Part shown: one piece after another, positions 1 through 20,698 of the stretch | Position numbering within the stretch: the stretch's first letter is position 1 | Layout: every line of letters begins with the position of its first letter | Origin: the human T2T-CHM13v2.0 reference genome, Homo sapiens | DNA: 64,000 nucleotides | NCBI RefSeq assembly: GCF_009914755.1 | Contig: NC_060936.1 | Reading direction: 5' to 3' (one strand) | Notes under the pieces: model-generated | What the model saw: the letters and a program-made list of their open reading frames with translations, nothing else | Databases searched by the model: none | Told to the model about the DNA's origin: nothing | Position numbers and translations under genes: made by a program

Positions 1-227
<227 letters not shown>

Positions 228-414
228 TTATTCTTGCAAACCAATTTATTCCATGAGATAGGAAACATGATCTTTGGAGACATTGACTCACATGCTTACA
301 GTTCTATAACCAGAGAGAGAAAATATTTTTGTTCAAATTCAGGTTAGGAAATTCTCAGAGAAGGATTCTAAATGGTCCTGCAGGTCCATCCCTAGACCAA
401 TCACCTTAACCAGG

Positions 415-1185
<771 letters not shown>

Positions 1186-1406
1186 CTAGAGAAGCAAGGC
1201 AGAAACCAGGTTCCTAGGTTTCAGTTCCTCCCCAGTTCTCTCTGCCTCATCTGCTGTGAGACAGCTTGCTGAATGAGATCCCCTACACCCTCCCCCACAG
1301 CACACTCACCTCATTCCACAGGAGTAAACTGCGTGAGAGAATGAAATAGACGATGTAGTGATAAGATGTAGAGCTCTGATTCTGCCTGAGCTCCTAGTTC
1401 CAGTCA

Positions 1407-4660
<3,254 letters not shown>

Positions 4661-4897
4661 CTCGGTCCTGAACACACATTTTGTTTGTTTGTTTGTTTGT
4701 TTACAAAACCCCTGGAGAACCCGCGTATTCTAACCTGGGCTGGTTTTTGTATTTTTGCAAAATAACACCCCACACATTCTCGTATCAGCGTGCAGATTTT
4801 TTTGCACCCAGTTTGGTTGTTTGCGGCCATAAGCTTTTCTTTAAGCCTTTCCAACCCGTCCTTCTAGAGAAAGTGTCTTCATAAGGAAGTCACACTG

Positions 4898-5255
<358 letters not shown>

Positions 5256-5341
5256 TCACACCCAGCACTGTCACATCCATCGTGCCTTGAGGACAGGCAT
5301 AAATTTACGGCCTTCCTCCTGCGCTCCCGGCCTGCTCCTAG

Positions 5342-6184
<843 letters not shown>

Positions 6185-8438
6185 TGAGACGGGTGTTTTA
6201 TTTCCCTCCTTGCCTTGCCCAGGGACTGCGGAGTTAGTTTTGGAATCGCTCTGTTGAGGCTGAGAGACGCTACGGTGCGTGAGCGCCAGTGTTTTCCTGC
6301 AGTATAATTCCACCAGGTTTCGAGAACGCCGAAGCAGCATTTTAAAAAAAGAAAAACAAAACGTGTATCTAGAGTTCTGCGGGTGTTGGGAAGGAATATC
6401 CGATTTTTCTGCGTAGGCTGTGCTTTTTGTCTTCCACAGTTTTGTGATCGTGACCTAAATTGGGCATCAGTTTCTCTGGTCTTCTCATAGCTAACTCATT
6501 TTTTTTTGAATGCAGAAATGTTGGCAAAATAACTGTTATTTCTAGAGTGACAGAGGAGAAGTATAATTTTCCTTTTCTCTGCTACTTCGATTAGAGTTCA
6601 GAGAAACGGATTTTAGAAATTAGTATATTGATATTAAGTGCTTTCATTTCTTAATAGTATCTTTTCTATTGAGAAGGAGCGGTTTCCCCATCATTTTCCA
6701 GGAGGTACATAGTATAGGGTATAAGTGCTATCAGAAGGAACTTACTGTTCAAAGTATTAGTGGCTATCCAAACACTGGAAACTATAGACACCCTGTACTC
6801 GTTTGTTTGTTTGTTTGTTTTTTTGGCTTTTAAATAGTTGAAGCAATAGAAATTGTTTTAGAAACACATTTCCTTGGTCTGCGATAGGATTGGGAAAGAT
6901 TCTGCTCAATCTTGCCTACGTATTCTAGTATTTGTAACAATATTTGTAATGTTTGGAGACTCAGAAGCATCAAACAAATTACGAGGATTATTTTTTATTG
7001 AACATAATTTTGTTCAGTCTGGGACATATAGTAAGTGCTCTGTAAATATTTTGAGTAAATATTGCTCACTCTAACCACAATGTTTTAAAACACTGGGACT
7101 TTTATCATCAAAACTAACCTGTTTTTGTAAAAAGTTAGAGATAATATAAATTAAGTCTTTGATAGTAAGTGATTCAGAAGTGTCTTCTAGCTGCACACTA
7201 GAAACTTTCCACATACTTTTAAAAGAGAGTCTCAGTGCTTTTTAAGCATGAGGAAGTAAAAGAATTAGGGATATAGTGTGTCAGCATAAATAGTTTAAAA
7301 TCAATAAGTTGTTTTTTTCTTTTTACACAAAATAGAGTTTATTTTGGTCAGTAAACCTGTTGGCAAAATACAGAGTGGCAGGAGAGAAAAGTAAAGATCC
7401 CATCCTTCTGAAAGCCATTAACATGTGCAAAAACCATCCTAGTACTGACAGTTATATGCTATATTTGCATGTTGGTGTTTGAAATTTCTCAAGAGGTCAG
7501 TTTTTCTACTTGATTTAATGAGGGTTATTTCCATCTAAGTTCTTATTAGCTGATAATCAGTCTTTTACTCAAGTACAGAAGAAATACAGAATAGAAATTA
7601 TCCGAGGTAGGCAGATCACTTGATTCCAGGAGTTCAAGACCAGCCTGGGCAACGTGGGGAAACTCCATCTTTACGAAAAATACGAAAATTAGCTGGGCAT
7701 GGTGGTGCGAACCTGTAGTCCCAGCTACTCTGCAGGCTGAGGTGGGAGGATCACCTGAGCCTGGGAGGTTGAGGCTGTGGTGCGTGCAGGAGTGCATGTC
7801 ACTGCACCCCAGCAGAAAGAGAGAGAATAGAAACTATTTTCTCCCCACACCGCCCCCCCCGCCCCTATTTTCTCCCCACACCGCCCCCCCGCCCCCGCCT
7901 TTTTTGTAGTGTGTTGGGGAAACAAGAATCTCTTCTTGGTTTGAATACTAGTATACCATTACTTTGTGATGTCTGCCATTTTTACTCTTTGGTGTTGTGT
8001 AACATATATGTATACCTCACATTTATATTTAATGAAGTAATTGTAGTGAGTGAGTTCCAGACATATAAGTGTTCTGTACTTAGTTCTGCCTAGTATACCT
8101 ATCGGCAGTAATTGTGTCTTCAGAATACAGGTATAAATTAGCCAGGTGCTATGGTGTGTAGTGTGTGCCGGTAGTCCCAGCTACTTGGGAAGATTGCCTG
8201 AGTCCAGGAGTTTGAGGCTGCAGTGAGCTATGATTCTGCGATGGCACTCCAGCCTGGGCGACAGAGTGAGACCCTGATTCTTCCAAAAAAAAATTAAAAA
8301 ACAACTTCAAGTGTAGTCTCTATCCTACATATTATCCATACCTTAAATGGCTTCAGTTTCTATCTTGTTGAACTTTTTGGAACAGTGATTCTCAGACTTG
8401 AGTGTGTATTAAGAATCACTTTGGTTTTTTTTTTTTGA

Positions 8439-8597
<159 letters not shown>

Positions 8598-9788
8598 TAG
8601 TAGAGACAGAGTTTCTCCATGTTGGTCAGGCTGGTATCCAACTCCCGACCTCAGGTGATCCACCCGTCTCGGCCTCCCAAAGTGCTGGGATTACAGGTGT
8701 GAACCACCCCGCCTGGCCTAAGAATCACTTTGAAACTAAGTTTCCTGGATCCTGTCTCCAGAGATTTTGATTTTATAAGCCTGGGTTGGGTGAGGGACCA
8801 TAGGTGATTCTGATACAGATGGTTCCTAGATCCTAATTTGAAAAACATATTAGTGAATCATTGGATTTTAAAATGCATGATACTGGAAAAAGCAGGAAAA
8901 TTAGGGGAGGTTGAATCTATGGCATACTACCATCCAGTACCATGCTGACTTTGGTGGCATTCTTGCTTTAATATATCACTTCCCAGGCAACCATTGCTGA
9001 CCCCTAAATGTTTTAAACTTTGGTTTTATGAAATGCCCAAGTAACACTCATTTGGGGGCTAGGGACTTGGAGGAGTGGAGGTGAGGGAATCCTGTTTACA
9101 GCTATCAGTCATTCACATGTTTTATGTGTTAGCTAAATAAATTGCTTTTATTTTTTCTAGTAGAGACCATCTGTGTGAAATGAACAGACACAGTGGGGAG
9201 AGAGAGAAGGCTGATGATACTTTTAGACCATGGTGTAACTTTGCAAGTAGAGGAGATAAGACTTAAAACAACTTTTGTGACTCAACTTGGGAAATTTAAT
9301 CCTATTTCTTAAATTAAGAATTGGAAAGGGGAGCCCTCCAGGTATGTAATCTAAACTACCACCCAATATAGGTATCCGAATACAGATGACATTAACCTGA
9401 GACTCTGGCTTAGTGTTCCTAGTAATGTACTTTACACTTTTCCTTTTATTTCAGTGATTTCAGCATTCTATCTTCAGTAATTCAGACAAATGTAAAAGGA
9501 AAAACAATTTGGATTTTTTATTTTTATTTTTTTAGGGTCTGGCTCTTTCACCCAGGCTGGAGTGCAGTGGCATAATCCATAGCTCACTGTAACCTCAAAT
9601 TCCTGGGCTCAAGCAGTCCTCTTGCCTCAGCCTCCTGAGTAGCTGGGACTACAGGCACGCATCTGGCTAATTTTTTTTTTTAAATTTAAAATCGCTGCCT
9701 TACTATGTTGCCAAGGCTGGTCTCAAACTCCTGGGCTCAAATGATCCTCTTGCCTTGGCCTCCCAAAGTGCTAGGAGTATAGGTGTGA

Positions 9789-9959
<171 letters not shown>

Positions 9960-11833
9960 TAGCTGGGATTACAGGTGCATGCCACCACGCCCAGCTAATT
10001 TTTGTATTTTTAGTAGAGATGGGGTTTCACTGTGTTGGTCAGGCTGGTCTCGAACTCCTGACCTCATGATCCACTTGCCTTGGCCTCCCAAAGTGCTGGA
10101 ATTACAGACATGAGCCACTGTGCTCGGCCTAATTTTTGTATTTTTAGTAGAGACAGCATTTTACAACGTTGGCCAGACTGGTCTCAAACTCCTGACCTCA
10201 AATGATCTGCCTGCCTCAGCCTCCTGCTGGGATAACAGGTATGAGCCACCATGCCCGGCCAGTAATTTGGATTTTAATTTCTAATTTGCAAATCAACTTT
10301 TAAAAATTTAACATTAAAAATACTGAAATATTCATGTAACACAAAATTCACCCTTATAAAGTATACACAACTCAGCAGCGTTTAGTATGTTCACAAAGTT
10401 GTACCACCATAGTGTAATTCCAAAATATTTTCATTACCTGAAAAAGAAAACTCCTGCCCATAAGCAGTCACCCCCGTTTTGTCCTCCCCCAGCTTCTGAC
10501 AGGTTTTGATTTTATAAGCCCCACGTGGGTGAGGGTCCATCGGTGACTCTGATACAGATGGTTCCTAGATCCTAATTTGAAAAATATATTAGTGAATCAT
10601 TGGATTTTAAAATGCATGATACTGGAAAAAGCAGGTATCACTGGCAACCACTAATCTACTTTTTGTCTGTATGGATTTGCCTATTTGGGATATTTCACAT
10701 TAGTGGAATCCTATAATATGTGATTTGATCTTTTGTGCCAGGCATCTGTTGCTCAACATAATTCTTTTTTTTTTTCTTTTTTGAGACAGAGTTTTGCTCT
10801 GTTGCTCAGGCTGGAGTGCAATGGCACAATCTCAGCTCACTGCAACCCTTCACCTTCCGGGTTCAGGTGATTCTTCTGCCTCAGCCCGGATTACAGGCGC
10901 GTGCTACCGCACCCAGCTAATTTTTTTGTATTTTTAGTAGAGACGAGGTTTTGCCATGTTGGCCAGGCTGGTCTCGAACTCCTGACCTCAAGTGATCTGC
11001 CTGCCTCAGCTTCCCAAAGTGCTGGGATTATAGGCATGAGCCACTCAACATAATGTTTTTTAGGTTCATCCATTATGTAGCATGGCAGAATAATAAATAT
11101 TACATTGTATAGATACAGCACAGTTTATTCATCAATTGATGAATTTTTGGGTTGTTTCTATTTTTTGGCTATTATGAATAAATAATGCTCTGCGAACATT
11201 CGTTTACAAGTTTTTGTGTGAATGTGTATTTTTTTTTTTTTTTTGAGATGGAGTCTCGCTCTGTCACACAGGCTGGAATGCAGTGGCGTGATCTTGGCTC
11301 ACCGCAAGCTCCGCCTCCCGGGTTTACGCCGTTCTCCTGCCTCAGCCTCCCGAGTAGCTGGGACTGCAGGTGCCCGCTACCACGCCCAGCTAATTTTTTG
11401 TTTTTAGTAGAGACAGGGTTTCACCGTGTTAGCCAGGATGGTCTCGATCTCCTCACCTCGTGATCCACCCGCCTCGGCCTCCCAAAGTGCTGGGATTACA
11501 GGCGTGAGCCACCGCGCCCGGTCAGTGAATGTGTATTTTTGATTCTCTTGGGTATATATCTAAGCGTAGACTTGCTGATTCATATGATAATTCTTACGTT
11601 TAACTTTCTGAAAAACTACCAAAGTGTTTTCCATAGTGGCTGCACCTTTTTTTTTTTTTTTTTTTGAGACAGGGTCTCACTTTCTCGCCCAGACTGGAGT
11701 GCTGTGGCGCTATCTTGGCTTACCGCAACCTCTGCCTCCCAGGCTCAAGGCGTTCTCCTGCTTCAGCATCCTGAGTAGCTGGGATTACAGGTGCCCGCCA
11801 CTACTGCCCGGCTACTTTTTGTATTTTTAGTAG

Positions 11834-12184
<351 letters not shown>

Positions 12185-12330
12185 TGACTATAATTTAATT
12201 CCTGCTTATGCATTGTTTTCTTGTGTTCTTAGATAAATTTATGTTTTTCTCTTTTTTTGTATAGATTATGAGCTGCTGCTTTTTTTTAACTTAACAAAAT
12301 TGAGGTGAAATTTGCAGAACATAAAATTAG

Positions 12331-12512
<182 letters not shown>

Positions 12513-13245
12513 TAGTAGAGACAGGGTTTCTCCATGTTGGTCAGGCTAGTCTCAAACTCATGACCTCAGGTGATCCGTCCACCTCGACCTCCCAAAGTGC
12601 TGGGATTACAGGTGTGAGCCACTGTGCCCAGCCAAAATTAGCCCTTTTATAAAATGTATAATTCAGTGTCATTTAGTGCATTCATAATGACATCTCTGTC
12701 TAGGTCCAAAACAATTTCATCACGAAAGAAAACTACTATTGAGCTGTCACTCCCTCTTCTTTCTTTTCCATTTAATGGCTGAGTAATATTCTGTTATATG
12801 TATAAACCACATTGGTTTATTCAATCACCTATTGATGAGCAATTGGGTTGTTTCTGCCTTTTAGCTGTTGTGAATAGTGCTGCTGTGAATATTGGTGTAC
12901 AAGTATTTGAGTACCTGTTATCAGTTATTTTGGTATATACCTAGGAGTAAAATTACTGGGTTCTATGGTAATTTTGTTTAACTTTTTGAGCAACCACTTT
13001 TCCACAGCAGCTACACCATTTTAAAATTCCCACCAGCAATGTTTGAAGGGTGCAGTTTTTCTGTATCTTTGTCAACATTTGTTATTATCTGTTTTTGATT
13101 ATAGTCATCCTAATGGGTGTGAAGTTTTGTTTTGCATTTCCCTAATGACTAATGGTGTTGAACATCTTTTCATGTGTTTGTTGGGGTTGTCTTATTGTTG
13201 AGGTTGTAAGAGTTCTTTTTTTTCTTTTTTTTTTTTTTTTTTTGA

Positions 13246-13500
<255 letters not shown>

Positions 13501-14700
13501 TGAAGATTTTTTTTTATTTTTTAATGTTTTTTCCCCTAATTATTTTATAGTTTTGGCTTGTATATTTAGGCTTTTGATCCATTTTGAGTACATCTTGGTA
13601 TGGTATGAGGTAGGGGTTCATTTCATTTTTTTTGCACGTGCTTCTCCAGTTGACCTAGTACCATTTGTTGGAGAGACTGTTCTTTCCCCATTGAATAGTC
13701 TTGGCATTGTTGAAAATCAGTTGAGCAAAGATTTTGTTGTTGTTGTTGAGACAGGGTCTCACTCTGTCACCCAGGCTGGAGTGCAATGATGCAGTCTTGG
13801 GTCACTACAGCCTCCACCTCCTGAGTTCAAGCGATTCTTCTGCCTCATCCTCCCAAGTAGCTGAGACTACAGTCACCTGCCATCACGCCGGGCTATTTTT
13901 TTTGGTATTTTTTTTTAGTAGATACGGGGTTTTGCCATGTTGGCCAGGCTGGTCTTGAACTCCTGACCTCAGGTGATCCATCCACCTCGGCCTCCCAAAG
14001 TGCTGGGAATACAGGCATGAGCCACCATGCCTGGCCAGCCAAAGATTTATTATATGGGTTTATTTCTGGATTCTCAGTTCTATTCTGCTTTGATTACTGT
14101 AGCTTTGGAGTATATTTAAAATTTGAGAAGTGTAACTTTACCAGCATTGTTTTTCTTTTTCAAAATTGTTTTGGTTGTTTGGGGTCCCTTGTCATTCAAT
14201 ATGAATTTTATTTTATATTATTTTATTTTGAGAGGTAGTCTTACTCTGTCGCCCAGGCTGGAGTGCAGTGGCGTGATCTCGTTTCACTTGCAGCCTCTGC
14301 CTCCTGGGTTCAAGCGATCCAACCACCTCAGGCTGCAAGTAGCTGAGATTACAGGTGCCCACCACCATGCCTGGCTAATATTTGTTTTTTTAGTAGAGAT
14401 GGGGTTTCACCACGTTGGCAAGATTGATCTCAAACTCCTAACCTCAGGTGATCTGCCCACCTTGGCCTCCCAAAATGCTGGGATTACAGGCGTGAGCCAC
14501 TGTGTGGGCCCCGTATGAATTTTAGATTTGGCTTCTCCATTTCTGTAAACAAGACAGTTGGGATTTTGATGGGGATTGTGTTGCCTCTATAGGTTGCTTC
14601 AGGTTTTATTGGCATCTTAACCATTTTAAGTTAGAATTTTTGATGGGGAGGTTTTTTCTTTTAGCACTTTATCTTACTGCCTCTGGCTCCTATGGTTTCT

Positions 14701-14779
14701 TTTCTCTTTTCTTTCTTTGAAAACAAGTTTATTAAAGTAAAGGAATAAAAGAATGGCTACTCCATAGGCAGAGCTGCTG
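14701..14779 (-). mobile_element. Short polyadenylated retrocopy of an LTR (MER41-like) R-region with TSD
   Basis: Minus strand: gctctgcctatggagtagccattc...AATAAActtgttttc followed by an A-rich tail. 17-bp TSD TGGC(T/C)CCTATGGTTTCT at 14684-14700 and 14780-14796. Family name from recall. Confidence 0.7.
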
Positions 14780-15503
14780 TGGCCCCTATGGTTTCTGATG
14801 AGAAGTCTGTTGTATCTGTTGTTAGTCTTACTGAGGATCCCTTGTTCATGACTCTTAGCTTCTCTCTTGCTGCTTTTAGCATTTGTCTTTGTCTTTCAAC
14901 AGTTTGATTATAATTTATCTCAATGTGTGTATTTCTTTGTGTTTATCCTGCTTTGAGTTCATCGAGCTTCTTGGATGTGTAGATTCATATCACTTTTTCA
15001 TGCTTTTATGGAAGAAGTGGGGATTTTCACAGACGATAATTCTGCCTTATCAGATATCTGAATCTCTCTCTTAGTGATCTAGAAAGCACTGGACCTATAG
15101 TTTTATAACCAAGAAAAAATTCCTTCCTAAGGACTGTTAGGTCTGCAGTATTTTAGAAAGTTTGGATTTTGGGTATTAAGTTCATATAAGAACACTCTTT
15201 TAAGCCAAGTGTGGTGGCCTGTGCCTGTAGTCCCTTTTACTTGGGAGACCTGGTGGCAAGGCTGCTTGAGCCCAGGAGGTTGAGGGCTGTAGTTCACTGT
15301 GATTGTGCTGTGAATAGCTGCTGCACTCCAGCCTAAGCAACATAGTGAGACCTGGTCTCTTAAGAACAAAAAACACCCCACATATTAACTACAAATTATG
15401 AAGTGGTTTAAACTTCATATTTATATTTTGTCATTAGGTAGAGGGTTTGAGCTATATGGTAGAAACATTGTAGTTTAGCTATTTTATTTTATTTTATTTT
15501 TGA

Positions 15504-15662
<159 letters not shown>

Positions 15663-17276
15663 TAGTAGAGACAAGGTTTCTCCATGTTAGTCAGTCTGGT
15701 CTCAACCTCAGGTGATCTGCCCGCCTCACCCTCCCAAAGTGCTGGGATTACAGGCATGAGCCACTGGGCCCGGCGTAGTTTAGCTGTTTTAAATACCATA
15801 AGATTAACATTTCTAAGGACACTCTTAGAAATATTTTATTTAAATAAGTGAAGCAAATATATAAGGAAACCTTCTGTAAATCTAAAATTATTTCAAAATA
15901 AAAAGTAAAATATTGAGACATATATGTTTACTATATTAATATCAAAATAAAGAATTGAGAGGTCTGCCTTACACAATGAAAAATTAAAACTTAGAAGTTG
16001 AATAAGGGATCAGCTTTGGTTAATGTGGTATGAATGAACATTATTAACTCCTCAACCCCAACTGATGCTGATTATTAGGGAAGAGCTGAAAATACAACAA
16101 AACCTTTTCCATGAAAGGCCACATTTCAAAATATAAATTCAAAACACTAAAAATCCCAATACAGTGCAGTTTGGAAGAAACTAAAACTAAAAGATGACAC
16201 TGAGACCAGGCACACAAATCTTTAGCTCGTAAATATAATACAGGTTATTGAATCAGCTTTGGGAGTTTGTGGAGAAAAAAATCTGAAGGCCTTGTAGTGC
16301 CAGTGGAGCCCGATTTTCAGAACAAGCTAGCTGTGATTTTTGCCACTTTAGAACTCTTGTAGCTACTCGACTTTCTGGGAAGAACCCAGACATGGGATGT
16401 TTAAATCACCAGGTGGGGGAAAAAGCACTGATAGAACCAATTGTTGAAGAAGCCAGTACCATTTATAGTAGTGAATCTAGATGAGAGGTAAAACATTGGG
16501 AGCCCACAGATGTGTTTCATTTAGTCTGTGTGTGTTGACACATACAGTATTAAAAATAAATGAATTAGTTGCCAATGTTTAAAAATTGGTAGATTTAGTT
16601 GAAAGGCCCAGATTTCTGGTTTTGCCTTAAAAAAATCAGAAAATCTGATAACCCTTAACCCATATTCCCAGTGGATTTGAATAATGCCTGCTTTAGGTGG
16701 GTCAGTTAATATCTAGTTAGCCACAGCTCCTATTGCTCCCAGTTGCCTTCCCTGGTTGCCAGTTATCATCATATATGTGCTGTCTTTCTTTATAGTGTAA
16801 AATAAGCAATGAAATATTTCCTACTTCTACATCTGCATCAAAAGTGGGAAAGTTGAAGACTACTGGGTTATAATTCATCCCTGTTACTTGTTACCTAATT
16901 ATATCTGGGCAAGTTACATAATTTTTCTAAAACTCAGCTAACTCATATATAAAGTGAGAATTAAATAGTAACCATCTCATAGAGTTGTTAGACTTAAATG
17001 AGGTAAATCACTTGGAATGGTAGTAGCAATGTAGTATGTTCGATTAATGTTAGCCATTACTACTGATTAAAATGGCTGTACATTTTAAGAAAAATGAGCA
17101 TTTTGGGGCAGATGTATAGAAATGTTCTTATTTTCATGTACAAAATGTCAGAATACAATCTGATGGCATTAAAAAAATCACTTTACTGAAGTATGGTTGA
17201 CATTCTGATGTCATTTTGACCAAAGTCTGGATTGATTTTATTCATTGCATGTGTGCGCAGTTGAGTTTGTAACTTC

Positions 17277-17952
<676 letters not shown>

Positions 17953-19918
17953 ACCTGTCCTAAAAAGGCAGATCAAAAACATATGTTACGGAATTTATTA
18001 GAGATAAGAGATTGAAGGTGAGTGCTAAGAGAGCCAAAAGCCTGATCATAGATGATTGATTAAGAGCACTTGGAGCAGATGAGGAGAGAAACGATAATCC
18101 TAACAGATAAAAGACAAAAGTTCCCCAGAGCTGAAGTACGACATCTTCAGGTCTCAATTGCTGCACATAAATATTGAGAGAAGAGACATACCCTGGTTAA
18201 ATTTCTGAAATTAAAAGAATACTACAAGCTTCTAAATTGAAATAGGAGGGAGGAAAAAAAAAAGCTTTCTTAAACGGGAAAGAGAATCAGACTGGCATTA
18301 GATTCCAATCTGTCACAGTAAATGTTACTGCATGGAGAAATGTTTAATAGAGTTCTTAGGGAAATTGTGATTATAAAATTCTGTATTCATTCATACTATA
18401 ACCATTTTCTCTTTTTTTCTTTTTGGGTGGTGATATATATTTTAATTATTTAAAATTTTGCTCATTCCATTCTATAGAATAAGATTTACATTTAAGCAAA
18501 ATTAATTAAAATCTAAGCAGAGAGATCAAGTTAAGCACAGGCTCCAGGAAGTCCTGCTGGGATCTCAGGAATAGCGACAACATGTTAAAAGTTTTAGTTT
18601 GAATGTCTGGAATTTGTTTGTTTGTTTGTTTGTTTTGGTGCATTCTAGAGTCTCCAAGAGTCAGTCACCATGAGTACCCGTGAGGTAGATGATACTTATT
18701 TTAACAGCACCTAAACTGGGGTTTAGGAGCTATATTTTCCAAGAAGTGACTCAGTCTAATTCTGAAATGACAAAAGCAGTTCATATCATTTTATTCACAC
18801 TTGAACTCCACTGGAGTCAGGGATGAAATGTCATCTTCTATTCCAAGAATGAAGTCTTCAGATAATGTCCAGGTGCTTCAGAACTAACTAGTCATCATAA
18901 GAACACAGAGTCCATAATTTCTCCAATGTATAGTTTTTTGTGGTTTCTAGAAGCATCAAATGAATCACAGTGCTACCAAACTCCACACAGAACTAGTCAC
19001 AGTGTCCTTCCTATCCATCTTAACATTAGGCTCATTTTTACATTTCAGGTATTTGTACATTTTCATAGTATAATAGGGATATATCAGGTGGAAGTTCCAC
19101 TCACTATCAGTCACAAAGTAGCTGTAATCTGTATATATGTTTTTACACAGTCATGTGAAATTTATTTATATACACACATATAATCCCAGTTTGTTCACTT
19201 ATACTGCTATATAATGGTCCATTATAGGAATATATCCTGTTGAAATTTGTGTGTTCCCCAGTGTTTGCTATAGCTGTTTTTGTAAACAGTGGTACTGCGG
19301 ATATTCATATAAATGTCTCATGTTTGAGAATTTCTCTAACGAATCAAGGAGTGGAATTGCCAGACTGTAGGGTATATTTATTGGATATTGCTATTGCTTC
19401 TCAGGATGGCTGTAATTTACATTCCCATCAACAGAGTGAAGTTTATTTATATCTGTACTTTCTATAGTCACATTTTAAATTTATGGTACCTCATTGTGGT
19501 TTCTATTGCATCCTCCTGATTACTAGTGAGTGTGAGCATCTTATCATGTTTCTTGGCTCTTTGAGGTTTTGTTTTGTGAGTTTTTGTTGATATCTCTGCA
19601 CATTATTTTGTTAGGTATTTTTAAGAATTTGATTTGTGGGAGTTATTTATACATTTTGGTTACCAGTTACTTATGGATCACAAATGTTTTCCCTGAATTT
19701 TTTCTGTGAGGAAAAGAAGTTTTAATTTTATTGTGGTTGAATTATCTTTTCTTCTGTGGTTTTGTACATTTTGTATATTGTTTAAGAAGTCATTCTCCTT
19801 TATTTTGTTTTTTAACAGCTTTACTGAGATACACTCTATACCATAACATACCCATTTACAATGTGTAATTCAGTGTTTTTTTTAGCATATTTATAGAGTC
19901 GCACAACCATCACCTTAA

Positions 19919-20026
<108 letters not shown>

Positions 20027-20512
20027 TGATCCATCTGTCTAAGCCTCCCGAGCAGCTGGTACTACAGGCATGTGCAACCTTGCCTGGCTAATTTTTTTAT
20101 TTTTTGTAAAGATGAGGTTTCACCATGTTGCCCAGGATGGTCTTGAACTCCTTGGCCTCAAGTGATCTGCCTACCTTGGCCTCCCACATTGCTGGGGTTA
20201 CAGGCATGTGCCACCTCGCCTGGCCTTTCCATCACCTTTAAACTAATTTTAGAATATACCATCATTCTAGAAAGAAACCTGGTATCCATTAGTAGTCACT
20301 CCCCATTCTTCTTCACTCTGTCCCTAAACAGCCACATAATCTACTTTCTAGCTATAGATTTGCCTATTTTGGACATTTCTCTTTTTTTGAGATGGAGTCT
20401 CGCCCTGTTGCCCAGGCTGGAGTGCAGTGGCACAGTCTTGGCTCACTACAACCTCCGCCTCCTGGGTTCAAGCAGTTCTGCTGCCTCAGCCTATCCTGAG
20501 TAGCTGGGACTA

Positions 20513-20698
<186 letters not shown>

